Assembly: GCA_964187785.1 (NCBI GenBank)
Contig: OZ076414.1
Span: 24,490,001-24,554,000, forward strand
Reading direction: 5' to 3'
Source: Amphiscolops sp. MND2022
Taxonomy: Eukaryota
Length of the DNA: 64,000 nt
The notes under the pieces are model-generated. The model saw only the letters and a list, made by a program, of their open reading frames with translations. It was not told the origin of the DNA and searched no databases. This document shows, piece by piece, positions 59,301 through 64,000 of the stretch. A program made the position numbers and the translations under genes. Positions within the stretch are counted from its first letter, which is position 1; the number at the start of each line of letters is the position of its first letter.

Positions 59301-60781
59301 AGCGCGTAATCGTTTCTTTCCAGTTCGTACTCGCGCATTGAACTTCCTGTGCGATTCCGCATAGTGACGCATAATCATTACGTCTCGTTCCGCACAGTGA
59401 CGTATACTCGTCACACTTCATTCCGTATAGTGACGTATAGTCTCTACACCTTGTTCCGCATAGTGACGTATAGTCGTCACACTTCATTCCGTATAGTGAC
59501 GTATAGTCCTTACACCTTGTTCCGCATAGTGACGCATAATTTCATTCCGCCATTGTGGTAGCAGTGTTCGCAGCTAACGTATATCCACACGTGTAATACT
59601 ATGCGGTCCTTTTGCAGTAAGGTTTGATGCTTTATTACCAGTTAATTAGAGTTTCTTGTTATATTTCAGATAACTCAGCATTCTCCGAAGTGCAGAAACA
59701 GGTGGAAGGTGGTTTCCGCTTATTTAATCAATATGCTGTTTTTACCTACAGCCAACTTCAAAATATCTTGCCCGACAGTGCACTGGGAGATATCTCTGAT
59801 TGGGATAATTTTTTACACTTGGACATGGATCAACCGGATTTACCGTTCAAAACTTGTGATGAGTTTGTTCTAAACGAGGATTTTCATCGTCTGGTTATGG
59901 CTAGTAGGCTGCCTCGTCCTAGCAAATTCGTGGAACAATCCATATCCTTTTGTAAAGCTTTTTGTAAGTTGTTACTTCGCCACGAAATTGCCAAATCGGA
60001 CTTGATCAGAGGTTTGTCTGCTTTTGATCCTGCTGTGGTTTTTGAGACTCCTGAAAGACATTACACTACCGTCATAGAAACGTTGTCAACACACTTTGTC
60101 ACTTCTGGATGGATTTCGGCCAGTGATAAGGTGAAGATTATCAGCCAATACCGGGCTTTCGTGACGAAAATGCGTGCCAGTGCTGTTCCAGAGTATGATG
60201 ATTGGATCCTCTATTTGTCTTCTAATTACGAGATGCAATGTCGAACCGAGTTATTTCTTCTGTTCAAATACTCATGCTTATGCCTGCCCCCGTTGGTTGG
60301 GATGCCGCCCGAAGTCATTATCCTTATTATTTCAAACTTGGAATCTGATGTTGATATGTTCCGGTCATGCCTGCGGAGCTTGCAAGCTTCCTATTTAACT
60401 GTACCCCACGTCTCGAGTTTATACCGAGATCCACGCGCTATTCCCCGAGTTTTTCGTCTCTTAGGGAGGGGAATGGACTTGCTGTCCGATAAAAAGTTCT
60501 CGGTTTGGAACTTTCTAAAGGGCAGTGGGCCAAGGAGAGCGTCTTTGTTGGGCAAATTGGAAACTGGGTATAGGAAAGCTGTTCTTCGCTCGGAGCGGCC
60601 TCCTATTTCATCCAGCAGTACTACCCCTAGTGTGAGTCGACACAGTAGCGTCAACAGCACTCCTTCTCCCGACCCTTCTCTGAGACGGGTTAATTTGGAA
60701 GTTCGCCGATGTGGCACAAGCAGTTCGGAGGATGTTTCGAAAAAGTCAAAGGCTCCAACTGGGAAAGAAAAGAAAAACTAG
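56379..60781 (+). pseudogene. Antisense 6-exon cargo gene of element B (~1080 aa; BED-type finger plus hAT-like body); one in-frame TGA at 57268
   Basis: Exons 56379-56490, 56762-58077, 58222-58707, 58779-58913, 58986-59067 and 59670-60781; phases 1,0,0,0,1 join in frame (3243 nt). NLS-like KRRRPRY; finger WWCRVCRTELSLMSRGSLELLSHYRSDSH. Confidence 0.85.
59357..59536. repeat. Phased array 1 of element B: six CCGYAYAGTGACGYA cores every 33 bp in cargo intron 5
   Basis: Cores at 59357, 59390, 59423, 59456, 59489 and 59522; spacers alternate in a 66-bp higher-order pattern. Confidence 0.92.
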
Positions 60782-60996
60782 AGGATCATCTTCATTTATA
60801 GTTTTGTTTATGTGTATTTCCTTTTTATTTTGTCTCTTTGTTGTATATTCTGTCACGTATTCACTCATTTGACAGATGGGTCATCATAAAGGCCTCCTTT
60901 ACTCCCTGGTATGTATTAAAGAGAAGGGAGGAAAAAAAGATTTTTCGTCTGAGTTTGTTTTGTTGTGTATATAAGTCAGAGTTTGAAGGTTATTCT

Positions 60997-63900
60997 TTAG
61001 TATCTATATGAGTCAGAGTAGTTTGGGTTAGGATTAGGACGTAAGTTGTATTTTTCACCACGGGTATTTATGGGTTCTTCTTGCAATGGGGTATTTTGGG
61101 AATTTTCTGGGGTTTTCTGAATATCATTGTCTGTTGAAGTATTTGTATCTTTTTGGGTTTTTTGGGTATTATTATCATTTTCTTCATTTACTTGTTGTGG
61201 AGTTTCGTCATCATGATTTTCGTGGTTTTGATCTTGTTCAGTGGTCTGTTCCACTGGGCTCCCCCCACTATTTTTTGAAATTTCGAGGGAGGGAGGGTGG
61301 TTATTTTCGGGTGATGTAATGGGTAGGTATTCAATATCTTCGGTATTTTGTGAGTACTCTGGAGAGTTGTCCTCAAACGGATTAGGGCCGAAATTTGTAT
61401 TCCAAGATTGAGCATATAGATCATCTTGCGTTATCGGCAGTTGGTCATCTTTCTGCCAATCAGTTTCTCGTACGAAAATGTTTGCGAGAGGGGCTTGGGG
61501 GGTAAACTTCCTCAAGCGAATTCGATGCAGAAGTTGCGTCTTGTTAGTTCCTAAGCGTCTAACTATGTAGTTATTGTTAGGAAGGACTTTCTCAACTTTA
61601 CATGGGCCTTGCCATCTAAATTCTCGAAAAGGTATCTTTGTTGCCTGGGTATCCGCCTTCGGGTTTAGGACGTAACAATAATCCGTTGTTTCAAGTGGTG
61701 ATGCCTTTGCTTTCCTATCATAATATGCTTTGTATTTGAGATAGGATTGCATTATGTTCTTTTTGGTTTGGTCAAGCAGTATTTTCATTCTTCTTTGTAC
61801 TTCCTCTGCTACATCTGTATGTGGTAGGTATTTTGGGTTGTATCCAAGCTTGTAATCGAGTATGTTATGGGGTATTCGCCCACGAAATACTCGTGAAGGC
61901 TCACAACCCAGTGTTGCATGGTAAGTAGTGTTGTGGTTTAAGACTGCTAGCGGGAGAAACCTATGCCAATTGTTTCGAAATTCCTCGGTGGCAGCTTTAA
62001 GATGCGTTTTCACTGATGCATGAGTTCTCTCTAGGATTCCATTGGTTTGAGCGTGTTTCATCGTTGCATGCTTGAGCTCAATTCCTAGAACTGCGGCTAC
62101 TTCATGTGTGACTTGGGCATTGAATTGTGTGCCCAAATCCGTAATTATTGTAGTTGGTAGATATGTGTGTTTGCAGAGGATATCCATTATTACTCGGGCT
62201 ACAGCAGAAGCTGTAATGCGTGTTACTGGGTATGCAAACAAATACCTTGAAAAAACGTCTATCGCTGTGATTATGTGATCATAGCTTCCACTTGGAGGGA
62301 GATTGGGTAGGATGTCCATTTGAAGAATGTCTTCTGGACCAAGGTCCCATTCTGGACAGTTGAGAAGTTCCGTTCTGAGAAGATCATTGTTGATCCGTTT
62401 GGTTTGTATGCAAATTTGGCAATTGGTGACCCATTTTTTGACGTATTTAGCAATACATGGGTAATAGTAATTTTGTCGGGCTTCTTGAATCATCTTCGTA
62501 ATACCTGGATGGTTTGAGTTGTGACCATGTAGGGATTGAAGAAATTCTTCTAGAAGTTGAGCCGGAAGTAGTATCTGGTAATGGGAAGTGGTTCCCGTGT
62601 CTGTATAGTACCTGCGGGTGAGAACTTCTTGTTTGATTTCAATTCTAGCGATATTTTGAAGATAATGGTGGTATCTATAGTCAGATGCCAACTCGTGTTC
62701 ATCAAAAGGATGTCCTTCTATTTTTGCTCGTAAATTTCTGAGTACAATATCGTTGTTTTGTTCTAAACGAATCTTCGCATTGTCTCGGAAGTGACCTTCC
62801 GAACAAGTCTTTAAACCAGAAGTAGGTTTATGGAATTGTTGGAGTTCGGTTATGTTATTTTCTGGTTCATTGTGTGTCTCGTTTTGAGCTTGGTCTCGGA
62901 TGTTCTGCTTCTCTTGCCATAATTGGTTTTCATCTAGTTCATCATCGGGGAGGATGTAAATCTGCTCTTCTTCTACGATCCCTGATGATTGTATGTTGAC
63001 TTCAATTGCTTTGGTGTGTATGTCATTTCGAATGGTCAGTTCAAGTTTTTCAACTGGATTGACTTCGGTGCGTGAGAGGAAGTCAGCTGCAGTGTTCATT
63101 GATCCCGCAACGTGGGCGATTACAAAATTATATTGTAAAACATAATCGCATGCATTCCAAAGTGCCGGTGGGATAAGTTTTGCTTGAAAAAATCGGAATA
63201 CTGATCTATTATCGGTGAACACAATTACAGGGAATGTGCTTCCCCACATGAGGTGTCCAAATTCAACAAAGGCAAAATATATGGAAAGGAATTCCTTGGC
63301 ATATATAGACATTTTTGTTTGTGTCGGGTTGAAAGTTTTGGAACCAAATGCTATGGGAGCGTATGTTTTGCGTTTTGATTGCAATTTTTGGTTCGGGTCG
63401 TCTTCTATCATAATGGCATATCCCGCAGCAGTAAAGCTGGCATCAGAAATGATTATGAGCTGTTTGTCTTTGAGGGGTTGTTTCAATGCTAATTGGCATG
63501 AATTTTCGAGGAGTTTATTGAGGTTGGTGAAATCCTCTACTAAGTTTGTTGGCACATAGAATTTGGATGTTTCCTTGAGAAGTTTAAAGAACGGAGACAG
63601 CCGTTCTGAGAGTCGTGGAATGTAGTTGCGATAGTAGTTTAGGAAACCTATATATCGCTGGAGGGCTTTTTTGGATTTAGGAAATCTAAGTTTAGACAGA
63701 AAGTTTTTGACTTTTTCTGCTTGCGGGGCGACTCCTTCAGGTGTGATTGTGCGTCCCAAGAAGTCAACTTGTTTGACGCCAAAGTGGCATTTGGACATCG
63801 TAAGTTTAAGGCCAGCATTTCTGATGCATCCGAACACTGTTCTGATGTTGGCGCATAGTTGCTGGGCATTATTTGCAGCGATGCCAATGTCATCCACGTA

Positions 63901-64000
63901 TTGGGCGCACTGGTCTGCTTTGATTGCTTTATCTAGGTACTCTCTCATGAAACTAGAAAATGCTGAGAGAGATCGGCTTAGGCCTTGCGCTAGTCGTCTA
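60997..64000 (-). CDS. pol: Gypsy pol, open from RT palm through RNase H and integrase (N-terminus outside window)
   Basis: Uninterrupted ~1000 codons: LAQGLSRS, QYVDD, RNase H SDASF..KEF..FTDN, HHCC, D-D-E core, WQGPC and terminal KYNLRPNPNPNYSDSYRY. Confidence 0.97.
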   Translation of the reverse strand, partial: RRLAQGLSRSLSAFSSFMREYLDKAIKADQCAQYVDDIGIAANNAQQLCANIRTVFGCIRNAGLKLTMSKCHFGVKQVDFLGRTITPEGVAPQAEKVKNFLSKLRFPKSKKALQRYIGFLNYYRNYIPRLSERLSPFFKLLKETSKFYVPTNLVEDFTNLNKLLENSCQLALKQPLKDKQLIIISDASFTAAGYAIMIEDDPNQKLQSKRKTYAPIAFGSKTFNPTQTKMSIYAKEFLSIYFAFVEFGHLMWGSTFPVIVFTDNRSVFRFFQAKLIPPALWNACDYVLQYNFVIAHVAGSMNTAADFLSRTEVNPVEKLELTIRNDIHTKAIEVNIQSSGIVEEEQIYILPDDELDENQLWQEKQNIRDQAQNETHNEPENNITELQQFHKPTSGLKTCSEGHFRDNAKIRLEQNNDIVLRNLRAKIEGHPFDEHELASDYRYHHYLQNIARIEIKQEVLTRRYYTDTGTTSHYQILLPAQLLEEFLQSLHGHNSNHPGITKMIQEARQNYYYPCIAKYVKKWVTNCQICIQTKRINNDLLRTELLNCPEWDLGPEDILQMDILPNLPPSGSYDHIITAIDVFSRYLFAYPVTRITASAVARVIMDILCKHTYLPTTIITDLGTQFNAQVTHEVAAVLGIELKHATMKHAQTNGILERTHASVKTHLKAATEEFRNNWHRFLPLAVLNHNTTYHATLGCEPSRVFRGRIPHNILDYKLGYNPKYLPHTDVAEEVQRRMKILLDQTKKNIMQSYLKYKAYYDRKAKASPLETTDYCYVLNPKADTQATKIPFREFRWQGPCKVEKVLPNNNYIVRRLGTNKTQLLHRIRLRKFTPQAPLANIFVRETDWQKDDQLPITQDDLYAQSWNTNFGPNPFEDNSPEYSQNTEDIEYLPITSPENNHPPSLEISKNSGGSPVEQTTEQDQNHENHDDETPQQVNEENDNNTQKTQKDTNTSTDNDIQKTPENSQNTPLQEEPINTRGEKYNLRPNPNPNYSDSYRY

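Larger units (their letters stand above)
52480..64000 (-). mobile_element. Ty3/Gypsy element B (same superfamily as A; best-preserved copy; 5' part outside window)
   Basis: Open pol, near-intact antisense cargo, intact ORFX, PPT and 3' LTR; order identical to A. Confidence 0.95.

Noticed and set aside
1-64000. Elements A and B as the terminal inverted repeats of one giant element
   Set aside because: They are substantially diverged, each has its own LTR end, and B has an identifiable independent insertion site.

Overview
Eukaryotic, transposon-dense window (spliced genes, LTR retroelements); the repeat families recall those of the acoel Symsagittifera, but that is an unverified impression. 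It holds three large Ty3/Gypsy elements: A (1-12590, +), C (30662-43917, +) and B (52480-64000, -, pol frame open to the window edge). There are also two older degenerate Gypsy copies (D, E), a 1.8-kb solo LTR with a TSD, several Helentron/Helitron-like and MITE insertions, a tRNA-derived SINE, and one apparently intact host gene. That gene has 5 exons and encodes a ~1039-aa secreted protein made of 22 LDL-receptor class A modules. The main discovery candidate is an accessory module between pol and the 3' LTR. All three large elements carry an antisense, intron-containing gene for a ~1080-aa protein with a BED-type zinc finger and an apparently catalytically dead hAT-transposase-like body. A and B also carry a sense ORF (ORFX) under visible purifying selection, with a SUMO-interacting-like motif and a CxxC domain. 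In A and B three arrays of a CpG-containing bipartite motif (CCGYATA..MCGYATA) are phased at 32-33 bp at equivalent positions. Together these look like a retroelement-encoded DNA-binding protein plus its own binding-site arrays, possibly an anti-silencing or autoregulatory system; the function is inference.
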